A stretch of DNA of 64,000 nucleotides from a virus. The translations under genes and the position numbers were made by a program. Shown piece after piece: positions 38,865 to 46,541 of the stretch. Every line of letters begins with the position of its first letter. Positions within the stretch are counted from its first letter, which is position 1. The notes under the pieces were generated by a model. The model saw only the letters and a list, made by a program, of their open reading frames with translations. It was not told the origin of the DNA and did not search any database. Location of the stretch: IMG/VR virus record IMGVR_UViG_3300032093_000012, positions 1 to 64,000 of that record; one strand, given 5' to 3'.

Positions 38865-38975
38865 TTAATGATTGTTATATTGCTTACGCCAAAGCCAAGA
38901 GTTGAACTGTGTCGTCTTATGACCAATCCAATCAAGAAAATTGCTATTCCAAAACCAATGGTTATATCTACCCAT
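38865..38975 (-). CDS. Small Trp-rich peptide, 36 aa
   Basis: MGRYNHWFWNSNFLDWIGHKTTQFNSWLWRKQYNNH*; GGGAG Shine-Dalgarno; fills the gap between two tRNAs. Confidence 0.6.
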   Translation of the reverse strand: MGRYNHWFWNSNFLDWIGHKTTQFNSWLWRKQYNNH

Positions 38976-38996
38976 ATTCAACTCCCAACTTTGTAA

Positions 38997-39073
38997 TGGC
39001 GATCACTGATGGATTCGAACCATCGACCCACAGCTTAGAAGGCTGTTGCTCTATCCTGCTGAGCTAAGTGACC
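38997..39073 (-). tRNA. tRNA-Arg(UCU)
   Basis: GGTCACTTAGCTCAGCAGGATAGAGCAACAGCCTTCTAAGCTGTGGGTCGATGGTTCGAATCCATCAGTGATCGCCA; canonical cloverleaf with encoded CCA. Confidence 0.96.
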
Positions 39074-39081
39074 AATAAACT

Positions 39082-39428
39082 GTGGTGGGGATTCTGTTTC
39101 CAAGCTCCCCACCGAGCTCATGCTTAGGCAGCTACTGCCATAGCGAAAGGTGCATTATCGTTTGCATCTATACGTTGCTTTTGGTCTCTTCGTACTTTTA
39201 CTACGCACGTCGATCCTATTTCGCCCCCAACATAAACACATTACATACAAAGATCTTCATACAAAGAAGTGTGCTTGCGATGTCTAGCAAGATCACCATA
39301 GTATGGTGCATTTGTAAACCAATTCCAAACAAGCCAAATCATTGTAGTATCCTGTGTTTATGGTGGAGGCGGCGGGTACTGCCCCCGCGTCCGAAACGTT
39401 TATTCTGAACGCCTCAACGACCTCAGCA
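39082..39428 (-). ncRNA. ssrA: Circularly permuted two-piece tmRNA (alphaproteobacterial type), tag ANDNAPFAMAVAA
   Basis: Acceptor piece first (...GACGCGGGGGCAGTACCCGCCGCCTCCACCA, CCA ending at 39361), then an intervening segment, then the coding piece starting GGGGGCGAAATAGGATCGAC at 39228. Tag ORF 39165-39124; terminal hairpin GGTGGGGA/TCCCCACC at 39113-39084. Outer ends approximate. Confidence 0.95.
39241..39342 (-). CDS. 33-aa ORF nested in the tmRNA intervening segment
   Basis: AGGA-N7-ATG; MIWLVWNWFTNAPYYGDLARHRKHTSLYEDLCM*; fills the loop between 10-bp inverted repeats. Confidence 0.65.
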   Translation of the reverse strand: MIWLVWNWFTNAPYYGDLARHRKHTSLYEDLCM

Positions 39429-39432
39429 TAGT

Positions 39433-39440
39433 TATTTATA
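39433..39440 (-). promoter_or_regulatory. Late promoter TATAAATA driving tmRNA and tRNAs
   Basis: Exact consensus immediately upstream of the tmRNA acceptor piece. Confidence 0.8.
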
Positions 39441-39443
39441 CCA

Positions 39444-39878
39444 CTACTGTCTAATGTTGTAAACAGTTAATTTGTCTTTTTCTACTTTTAATGTACAACT
39501 TTTAATATCTTTAAAACGCGATCCACCGAAGCGTGAGTAGTCACGTCCACCATCTACAAAGAAATCACCGTAGTCTTTATAGTCATGACGATAACGGGAG
39601 TAATATGCAGTATCATCTACGATGATACCATAGAATGGTTCAGTAGCACTAATACCATTAGAGATCATGACATGACCGATATCGTCGAACCAGATAGCAA
39701 AATAGTTCGAGCCTTCTGGATGTGGTTCTTCTGTATAAAAGATAGAGACAGGAAAATTACACCAGTCGCCTTTCTTATTTTTAAGACAACTCTCAAACAC
39801 AAACTTACCGTTGTATTTCTTTTCGATAAGTTCTAGTTGTGCATGAGTAAACATGCTACATTCATTGATGATCTTCAT
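39444..39878 (-). CDS. Hypothetical phage protein
   Basis: 144 aa with YSRYRHDY...VDGGRDY.R motif; coupled to the upstream gene. Confidence 0.75.
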   Translation of the reverse strand: MKIINECSMFTHAQLELIEKKYNGKFVFESCLKNKKGDWCNFPVSIFYTEEPHPEGSNYFAIWFDDIGHVMISNGISATEPFYGIIVDDTAYYSRYRHDYKDYGDFFVDGGRDYSRFGGSRFKDIKSCTLKVEKDKLTVYNIRQ

Positions 39879-41017
39879 GATACCACCTTCAAAAGGATCG
39901 TGTGTTCATTAATACGAGCAGCCAGAGGTGCATCTCCCTTAGCTTCATCCATAATCTTTCTTAGAACAAGCTTACCACCATTGAGAACTTTGTCAACAAA
40001 ATATTCTGGTTTACGACCACACCGCTTAGTCATCGTGGTAGACTCATCGTAACCAATGATAGTGGTACGCTTAACATCAAGACCAGCATGTCCACGTGCG
40101 CGGAACACTGTAAGCAACTTATACTTCGTATTGAAAGTCCAAAGTTCCTGAGCGCCAATCACTTTATCCGGAGAGATAGAAGCAATCTTGTACTCATTGC
40201 TTTCTTTCATGTAGATAAAGTTCTTAAGCTTCTTCTCAGCAGAGACAGCTCGCGGTTTGCGAGGCGCTCGCAGCTTCTTGGTGACATCGCCATAACGCTC
40301 AGCATCTTCGATCAACGAATTGATGAACAGCACGCGTGCTTCAAGTTGTTTCTTGGTGAGATGCTTGTATGCTTCTTTAAGCTGGTCGCACTTACCCTCA
40401 TGAGCTTCGCATAGCTCTTCGAGCCAAGGACGATAATGTTCAACAATCTTGGAAGCATACATAGCTGGTATCTGGTTTTTCTGGAGATGTTCATAGAGAG
40501 AAAACTCAGTACCAGAGTCAATGATCTCTTCAATGTCGCCGATGATATCGTTTGTACGTTCTTTCATACGATCTTGAATAGAGACTTTTTCAACAGCGAC
40601 TTCAGGTTTATCAGTCTCAACAATACGCGAAAGAGATTCCTTGAGCTTAGACTCAAAGAAAGACATGCTGCTATCTGACAACTTACAACCACGAGACATG
40701 AGTCGCGAGAGAGATCCTATAGTAGACGGAAAAGTTTGATCAGAGACTTTCATGATCTGCTTGGCTTCGATATCACGCTTGACTGACTTAAGATAATCAC
40801 GCGTGTACTCTTTACATTCGCTGACACTGGTCATAGCATTATACCAGTTAAGCGCTTTACCAAGCTGGCTGTCGGTCAGCAACCCCTTGAATTCAGGCTC
40901 TTCGCCCATGTACTTGAGATTAACCAAGTATGCCTCAGATCGTGTGACCCTGGGCTTCTTGATCTTAGTACGCGATGTGAGTGCCGGTCTACGTGATGCT
41001 TTAGCCATGATTATCAC
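39875..41017 (-). CDS. Conserved hypothetical early protein of T4-like phages
   Basis: 380 aa; SI.P..VIGA.ELW.FNTKY..L and RINE.TILLKV; follows a near-consensus early promoter and GAGG Shine-Dalgarno. Confidence 0.75.
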   Translation of the reverse strand: MIIMAKASRRPALTSRTKIKKPRVTRSEAYLVNLKYMGEEPEFKGLLTDSQLGKALNWYNAMTSVSECKEYTRDYLKSVKRDIEAKQIMKVSDQTFPSTIGSLSRLMSRGCKLSDSSMSFFESKLKESLSRIVETDKPEVAVEKVSIQDRMKERTNDIIGDIEEIIDSGTEFSLYEHLQKNQIPAMYASKIVEHYRPWLEELCEAHEGKCDQLKEAYKHLTKKQLEARVLFINSLIEDAERYGDVTKKLRAPRKPRAVSAEKKLKNFIYMKESNEYKIASISPDKVIGAQELWTFNTKYKLLTVFRARGHAGLDVKRTTIIGYDESTTMTKRCGRKPEYFVDKVLNGGKLVLRKIMDEAKGDAPLAARINEHTILLKVVS

Positions 41018-41030
41018 CTCTTATAAGATT

Positions 41031-41059
41031 ATTATACCAAAGCAGGAAAAAATGTCAAC
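41031..41059 (-). promoter_or_regulatory. Early sigma70-type promoter GTTGAC-N17-TATAAT
   Basis: Minus strand reads GTTGACATTTTTTCCTGCTTTGGTATAAT. Confidence 0.8.
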
Positions 41060-41092
41060 TGGTATTTTCGCTGCCTCATTGACCATATGTAT

Positions 41093-41121
41093 ATACTACC
41101 ATAGAGACCGGCAAAGTAAAC
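41093..41121 (-). promoter_or_regulatory. Second leftward early promoter GTTTAC-N17-TAGTAT
   Basis: Minus strand reads GTTTACTTTGCCGGTCTCTATGGTAGTAT with an A-tract upstream. Confidence 0.6.
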
Positions 41122-41152
41122 CGATTTTTTTTCGAAAAAAGTGATTTTGGCT

Positions 41153-41181
41153 GTTTACAAATGATGAGGACTTGGTATTAT
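41153..41181 (+). promoter_or_regulatory. Rightward early promoter GTTTAC-N17-TATTAT
   Basis: GTTTACAAATGATGAGGACTTGGTATTAT; T4-early-like -35 box. Confidence 0.7.
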
Positions 41182-41232
41182 CAAAAAGTAAGCTGAATAC
41201 AGACACTAACCAATCACACAGGAGTATATAGC

Positions 41233-42192
41233 ATGGCACACATGATTGAGATGCTCAATGGCAAGGCTCAGATGGCCTACGCTGGTGAGACCCCTTGGCA
41301 CGGCCTTGGTACTAAGGTTCCTGCCGACCTGACCCCTGCCCAGATGCTAGAGGCAGCCGGTCTTGACTGGACCGTTACGAAGGTTCCGGCCTTCGCTGAG
41401 GTTGCTGGCAAGAAAGTTCCGGTTGGCCGCTCTGCGCTGGTCCGTAGCGTTGACGACAAGATCATCGACGTCGTCTCTGATGACTGGAACGAGGTCCAGA
41501 ACCAAGAAGCTTTCGACTTCTTCAATGACTTCGTCCTCTCTGGTGACATGGAGATGCATACGGCTGGCTCTCTTCGCGATGGCCAGATCGTGTGGGGTTT
41601 GGCCAAAGTCAAGGAATCTTTCGAGCTCTTCAAGGGTGACGTTGTTGAGTCCTACCTCTTGTTCTCGAATTTCCATAAGTATGGCTTCTCCACCGACGTG
41701 CGCTTCACTCCAATTCGTGTGGTGTGCAACAACACTCTGACCCTTTCGCTTAACTCTGCAGTCGAGCGGATGGCAAAGATCTCGCATCGCACCAAGTTCG
41801 ATCCGGACAATGTGAAGCTGATGCTTGGCATTGCTGCTGACAAGCTTGCACAGTACAAAGAAATGGCTGGCTTCCTTGGCTCCAAGAAGTTCAACGACGA
41901 GACCATCGTCGACTACTTCAAGCGTATCTTCCCTGTGACTGGTGCTACTGAGAACACCAAGAAAGAGATGTCAAAGAATGCTGGCATCGCTCTTGAATTG
42001 CTCGACCAGCAGCCCGGTGCAGAGTATGCTCAGGGTACTTGGTGGCAGGCTTTCAATACGGTTACCTTCATGACTGATCATGTCATGGGTCGTAATCAGG
42101 ATACGCGCCTTGCCTCTTCTTGGTTCGGCACTAACCGCAACCTCAAGACTCAGGCTCTCGAGACTGCAATCGAAATGGCAGAAGTAGCCTAA
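41233..42192 (+). CDS. DUF932 / TIGR03299-family phage-plasmid protein
   Basis: MAH......AY.GETPWHGLG, TAGSL..G..VW.LA and TPIRVVC.NTL motifs; AGGAG Shine-Dalgarno. Confidence 0.9.
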   Translation: MAHMIEMLNGKAQMAYAGETPWHGLGTKVPADLTPAQMLEAAGLDWTVTKVPAFAEVAGKKVPVGRSALVRSVDDKIIDVVSDDWNEVQNQEAFDFFNDFVLSGDMEMHTAGSLRDGQIVWGLAKVKESFELFKGDVVESYLLFSNFHKYGFSTDVRFTPIRVVCNNTLTLSLNSAVERMAKISHRTKFDPDNVKLMLGIAADKLAQYKEMAGFLGSKKFNDETIVDYFKRIFPVTGATENTKKEMSKNAGIALELLDQQPGAEYAQGTWWQAFNTVTFMTDHVMGRNQDTRLASSWFGTNRNLKTQALETAIEMAEVA

Positions 42193-42197
42193 AATTA

Positions 42198-42236
42198 TAG
42201 AGGACGGTGGCCCCAATACCAACTACCGTCCTCTCT
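42198..42236 (+). terminator. Stem-loop after the DUF932 gene (terminator or processing hairpin)
   Basis: AGAGGACGGTGG...CTACCGTCCTCT inverted repeat; no strong U-tract. Confidence 0.55.
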
Positions 42237-42288
42237 ATAAATTCTATATCTGGTAGAAGCTAAAGTAGAAACCTCTAGGAGATATATA

Positions 42289-42396
42289 ATGAAGAGCGAA
42301 CTCGAAATCCTCGTTGAAGAAGACATGATCATGGCTGGATATGATCCTACCATATGGGCTGACGTTTTGGAATATTGGAGGGAATACCTTGATTGA
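42289..42396 (+). CDS. Small acidic peptide, 35 aa
   Basis: AGGAG Shine-Dalgarno; MKSELEILVEEDMIMAGYDPTIWADVLEYWREYLD*. Confidence 0.7.
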   Translation: MKSELEILVEEDMIMAGYDPTIWADVLEYWREYLD

Positions 42397-42649
42397 AATT
42401 TATAGCAAAGATAACTGCGTTTACTGTGTATCAGCTGCTAGTCTTTTGACTACTAGAAATAAACAGTTTACAGAATATAAACTTGGTGTAGATTATACCA
42501 GAGAACAAATACTGGAAAAGTTTCCTAATGCTAGGTCTTTTCCGGTAGTTGTTATCGATGGATATCACATCGGTGGATATATTGAGTTGAGTAAAATCTT
42601 GACTGAAGAATCACAAGATCCGCGCAGGCTATTGAACGAGGAAAAATAA
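42389..42649 (+). CDS. Glutaredoxin
   Basis: IYSKDNCVYC...ARSFP.V.IDG.HIGGY; start reassigned to TTG after GGAGG. Confidence 0.92.
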   Translation: MIEIYSKDNCVYCVSAASLLTTRNKQFTEYKLGVDYTREQILEKFPNARSFPVVVIDGYHIGGYIELSKILTEESQDPRRLLNEEK

Positions 42650-42924
42650 TGATTACAGATCGTGAAGAAATGGTGAAGCTCCTCAAGCGAGGAGCTGTTG
42701 ATATTACATTTACAAAGGTTGATGGTTCACTTCGTACATTGCGTGCTACCCTTAATCCTAATCATATGCCACCGCAGATGAAGAACGAAGATCTCGAAGC
42801 TGCTGAGACACATCGAAAGGAAAATCCTGATGTTCTTCCAGTTTGGTCGATCAATGATCTCGGATGGAGATCATTTCGTCTTGATAATATCCTAAGTGCA
42901 CAGTACATCGAGGGATATGAATAA
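42649..42924 (+). CDS. WYL_2/SH3-like beta-barrel protein
   Basis: F.KVDGS.R...ATL...V.......WRSFR motif. Confidence 0.8.
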   Translation: MITDREEMVKLLKRGAVDITFTKVDGSLRTLRATLNPNHMPPQMKNEDLEAAETHRKENPDVLPVWSINDLGWRSFRLDNILSAQYIEGYE

Positions 42925-42930
42925 ATAACA

Positions 42931-42960
42931 AGGCTCTTCGAAAGAAGAGCTTTCTTTTTT
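42931..42960 (+). terminator. Rho-independent terminator
   Basis: GGCTCTTC-GAAA-GAAGAGCT followed by TTCTTTTTT. Confidence 0.85.
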
Positions 42961-42983
42961 CTAATTATAGGAGTTCAAATGAC

Positions 42984-43349
42984 ATGGCATATTGGGGTTA
43001 TCATCTCGTATTAGACTGCGCCGATCTTGATGCACACGCTATCAATGATTACGATACAATTTATAGATTTACAAAGCAATTGGTTAATGATATAGATATG
43101 GTTGCTTATGGTGAGCCACAGATCGTTAGCTTCGGTAGTGGAAACAAAGCCGGTTACACTCTTGTACAGTTGATTGAGACTTCAAACATCTGTGCTCATT
43201 TTGTTCCTGATGATCTCGATGGTGGCAACGCAATGTACCTCGATGTATTTTCTTGTAAGCCATACGATAATCAGATCGTTATTGATCTCGTAAAGCAATA
43301 CTTCAAAGCAAAGTCAATTAGACCCTCTTTCTTGACACGCCAAGCTTAA
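42984..43349 (+). CDS. speD: S-adenosylmethionine decarboxylase proenzyme
   Basis: WGYHL.LD, G.T.VQLIETSNI.AHF and YLDVFSCK motifs (phage-type SpeD). Confidence 0.88.
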   Translation: MAYWGYHLVLDCADLDAHAINDYDTIYRFTKQLVNDIDMVAYGEPQIVSFGSGNKAGYTLVQLIETSNICAHFVPDDLDGGNAMYLDVFSCKPYDNQIVIDLVKQYFKAKSIRPSFLTRQA

Positions 43350-43367
43350 TTAAAGGATGACTATATT

Positions 43368-44333
43368 ATGGAAGTGAATGAACTATCTGTTAATGCCAAG
43401 GGTGGCACTGAACTCATGATGGAAAGACTTTATCAGAGTCTTGATAAAGATCTACTAGAACAGTGTCAGATCATCCCGTCTCGTGTAAGAGATTTAGATG
43501 AGACAAAGGTTAGGATTCTTTGGCAGCATGATCTTCCTGGTGATCCTGAATCAGAGCATTTAAAGAACGGCGGACACGATCGTTTTCATAAGATTGTGTT
43601 CGTCTCTAACTGGCAGATGCAACAATATATTAATCATTATAATATTCCTTGGTCAAAGTGTGTGGTCATGCAAAATGCTATCATGCCAATTGAACCACAT
43701 GAAAAGCCTAAAGATAAGATTAAATTGATCTATACACCTACACCACATCGTGGGTTGCAGATCCTTGTGCCTGTATTTGAAAAGCTATGTGAAGAGTTTG
43801 ATAACATCGAGCTTGATGTATATTCTTCTTTTAAACTGTATGGTTGGGAACAGAGAGATGAACCTTTCAAAGAGTTGTTTGATCGTTGTAAGTCACATCC
43901 TAAGATTAACTATCATGGCACAGTTAGCAATGAAGAACTGAGAGAAGCTCTCAAGTCTGCACATATCTTTGCTTATCCTTCTATCTGGCCAGAGACGTCA
44001 TGTCTTTGTTTGCTAGAAGCTATGAGCGCTGGTTTGATATGTGTTCATCCTAATTTTGCTGCTCTTTCAGAGACTGCTTCAAACTGGTCATACATGTACC
44101 AGTGGAATGAAAATCCATCAGCACATGCTGGAACATTTCATATGATCCTTTCTGATGCTATCAAGAGCATTGATGACAACAATGTACAGAATAAGCTTGA
44201 TTTTCAGAAGTCTTATATAAACGGTTTCTATAATTGGGAAGGACGTAAACACCAATGGGCAGCACTTATTAGAAGCCTATTGGATGAACCAAGAGAGTTT
44301 CCTAAGCCTACATGGGTATATAGAACTACTTGA
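43368..44333 (+). CDS. Glycosyltransferase, GT-B/GT4-like
   Basis: GGTE, P.RGL..L and YPS.W.ETSC...LEAMSAG motifs. Confidence 0.88.
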   Translation: MEVNELSVNAKGGTELMMERLYQSLDKDLLEQCQIIPSRVRDLDETKVRILWQHDLPGDPESEHLKNGGHDRFHKIVFVSNWQMQQYINHYNIPWSKCVVMQNAIMPIEPHEKPKDKIKLIYTPTPHRGLQILVPVFEKLCEEFDNIELDVYSSFKLYGWEQRDEPFKELFDRCKSHPKINYHGTVSNEELREALKSAHIFAYPSIWPETSCLCLLEAMSAGLICVHPNFAALSETASNWSYMYQWNENPSAHAGTFHMILSDAIKSIDDNNVQNKLDFQKSYINGFYNWEGRKHQWAALIRSLLDEPREFPKPTWVYRTT

Positions 44334-44335
44334 AA

Positions 44336-44343
44336 TATAAATA
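44336..44343 (+). promoter_or_regulatory. Late promoter TATAAATA
   Basis: Exact consensus in the intergenic gap. Confidence 0.7.
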
Positions 44344-44372
44344 TCCAATGATATCCTTTTCAAGGAAAACAT

Positions 44373-44780
44373 ATGGCAAATGTAATAGAGTTAAAGAATA
44401 GTGATAATATTATACAATTTCCCGGCAGTACTAGGGAAGTACCAAAAAATCAAGAAGAAGTTACACAAAGAGTAGATAATATTAAACACCTTCATATACA
44501 AGAAGTATTATCTACGATGGTGCCTATAATCTTCAATCAAATGGCTACAGCTGGTTTCGATTTTATTGATGATGAAGAAACAGGTGAAGTTAATAATGTA
44601 AAGGATGGCGCTTTCTTGGTTGAAGCTTTAAGATCTATTATGCTTAAGCACTACGGTATAGATCACCCAATGCAAACACTTGCCGAGAATTTATTTAATG
44701 AAGATAGAGATAGCGGTGTACTTATTCTTAGACATGATGTAATATCATCTATGTTTGAAATTCAACAGGAGAAGAGCTAA
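44373..44780 (+). CDS. Hypothetical protein
   Basis: 135 aa, NIIQFP motif, AAGGA Shine-Dalgarno. Confidence 0.7.
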   Translation: MANVIELKNSDNIIQFPGSTREVPKNQEEVTQRVDNIKHLHIQEVLSTMVPIIFNQMATAGFDFIDDEETGEVNNVKDGAFLVEALRSIMLKHYGIDHPMQTLAENLFNEDRDSGVLILRHDVISSMFEIQQEKS

Positions 44781-44794
44781 GCTCTATATACATC

Positions 44795-45661
44795 ATGATC
44801 ATCATTGATCTTAACCAAGTAATGATCTCAAACCTAATGATGCAGCTTGGCAACCACACGAACGCTCAGCTAGAAGAGAATATGGTTCGCCATATGGTTC
44901 TCAATGCTATTAGGTCTTTCAACCAAAGGTTCTCACGTGAATACGGTGAAATCATCATCGCATGTGATAACACAAATAACTGGCGTAAAGTAGAGTTTCC
45001 TTACTATAAAGCTAATCGCAAAAAGAATCAAGAAAAATCAGAACTCGATTGGAAAGGCATCTTTGATTGTCTTGGCAAGATTCGTCAAGAACTTAAAGAT
45101 TATTTTCCTTATCGTGTGATTGATGTTGTCTCTGCTGAGGCAGATGATATCATCGCTACTCTTGTACATACATATGGTAAAGTAGTTTCATCGGAGAATG
45201 ATGAGAAGATCTTAATCTTGTCTGGTGATAAAGATTTCATCCAGCTTCATGTGTATTCCAACGTTCGTCAGTACGATCCAGTTCGTAAGAAGTTTATAGA
45301 GCACAATGACCCTGAACGTTATCTTCAAGAACATGTTCTTAAAGGCGACTCTGGTGATGGTGTTCCTAATATTTTGTCTAACGATGATTGCTTTGTTGTC
45401 GGTACACGTCAAAAACCAATGACTGCTAAAAAGATCGAAGGAATCTTAGAGTTCGGATTAGATGGTAAGTTTGATCATCCGCTATATCGTAATTATATCC
45501 GTAACAAGCGTTTGATTGATCTTAAACATACACCAGAAAATTTGCAAGAAATAATCATGCAACAGTATGAACAACAAGATAAGCGTGATCGTAGTAAGAT
45601 GCTTAATTACTTTATAACAAATAGATTGAAAACTCTTATGGAAAGTATTGGAGAATTTTAA
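44795..45661 (+). CDS. rnh: T4-type RNase H (5'-3' exonuclease)
   Basis: WRK..FPYYKANRK, EADDIIA, SGDKDFIQL and GDSGDGVPN motifs. Confidence 0.95.
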   Translation: MIIIDLNQVMISNLMMQLGNHTNAQLEENMVRHMVLNAIRSFNQRFSREYGEIIIACDNTNNWRKVEFPYYKANRKKNQEKSELDWKGIFDCLGKIRQELKDYFPYRVIDVVSAEADDIIATLVHTYGKVVSSENDEKILILSGDKDFIQLHVYSNVRQYDPVRKKFIEHNDPERYLQEHVLKGDSGDGVPNILSNDDCFVVGTRQKPMTAKKIEGILEFGLDGKFDHPLYRNYIRNKRLIDLKHTPENLQEIIMQQYEQQDKRDRSKMLNYFITNRLKTLMESIGEF

Positions 45662-46089
45662 TGAGACTGAGTATTTCAGAGATCTTAGACAGGGTTTCTA
45701 AAGCAAAAACTAAATCAGAAAAGTTGGAAACATTTAGACAATATGATAATCCTACTCTAAGATCAATTCTTAAACATACTCTAGATAAGAATATCGTATT
45801 TGATTTGCCAGAAGGTGCGCCGCCCTATAGACCTAGCGATCATATCGAAAGTCAGGGAATGTTATATTCTGAGGCAAGAAAGATTTACTTATTTGTTAAG
45901 GGTGGTCATCCAGGCCTTTCAAATCTCAAGCGTGAATCTCTTTTTATAACTATGCTTGAGTCAGTCGACCCCAAAGATGCTGAGCTTCTCATAGCAATGA
46001 AAGATAAGAAGCTTCCATATAAGGGGATTACCGCAGCTTTAGTAACAGAGGCATATCCAGGACTAATCGATGAGCAAGTCAACGTTTAA
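45661..46089 (+). CDS. Conserved T4-like hypothetical protein
   Basis: LPEGAPPY...KRE.LFI.MLE...P.DAELLI..KDK motif. Confidence 0.8.
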   Translation: MRLSISEILDRVSKAKTKSEKLETFRQYDNPTLRSILKHTLDKNIVFDLPEGAPPYRPSDHIESQGMLYSEARKIYLFVKGGHPGLSNLKRESLFITMLESVDPKDAELLIAMKDKKLPYKGITAALVTEAYPGLIDEQVNV

Positions 46090-46273
46090 GAAGTTCAAGA
46101 AGAACGATTATTCTTATGAAGATGAAGATGATGAATATTACGATAACCCTCGTAATAGAGTAAATAAAAAAGAAACTAAGAGACTCGAGAGAGCTCTTAA
46201 AACAAAAGATATTAATGCTCTAATTGAAGAAGAAGATTTTGAAGATGAAGAGCATTATTATGAGAGGAAGTAA
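46070..46273 (+). CDS. Small charged hypothetical protein
   Basis: 67 aa overlapping both neighbours within the operon. Confidence 0.65.
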   Translation: MSKSTFKKFKKNDYSYEDEDDEYYDNPRNRVNKKETKRLERALKTKDINALIEEEDFEDEEHYYERK

Positions 46274-46521
46274 TGCCGACATATAAGTTCCGTAACAATG
46301 ACACCGGTGAAGAGTATGAAGATTTCATGAGCATCTCTGCTCTTGATGTTTATTTGGAGGAGAATAAAAATGTAACTCAACTCGTAAACGGAGCTCCTGC
46401 AATTGGAGATAGTATTAGACTTGGTCTTAAGAAACCAGATAGTTCATTCAGAGATATTTTGAAAAATGTGAAGAAAGAACATTCGAAAGGATTGACTAGG
46501 TCTACTGTTAATACATTCTAA
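46273..46521 (+). CDS. FmdB-like small protein lacking the zinc-binding cysteines
   Basis: MPTYKF.N..TGE..E.FMS start; sits directly upstream of phoH. Confidence 0.65.
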   Translation: MPTYKFRNNDTGEEYEDFMSISALDVYLEENKNVTQLVNGAPAIGDSIRLGLKKPDSSFRDILKNVKKEHSKGLTRSTVNTF

Positions 46522-46541
46522 TCATAACAATAAGAGAAACA

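Noticed and set aside
38753-38935. 60-aa minus-strand ORF in the track
   Set aside because: Runs through the tRNA-UAU; the 36-aa ORF in another frame has the Shine-Dalgarno and fits the spacer.
39082-39408. 108-aa plus-strand ORF in the track
   Set aside because: Antisense to the tmRNA, no Shine-Dalgarno, implausible composition.
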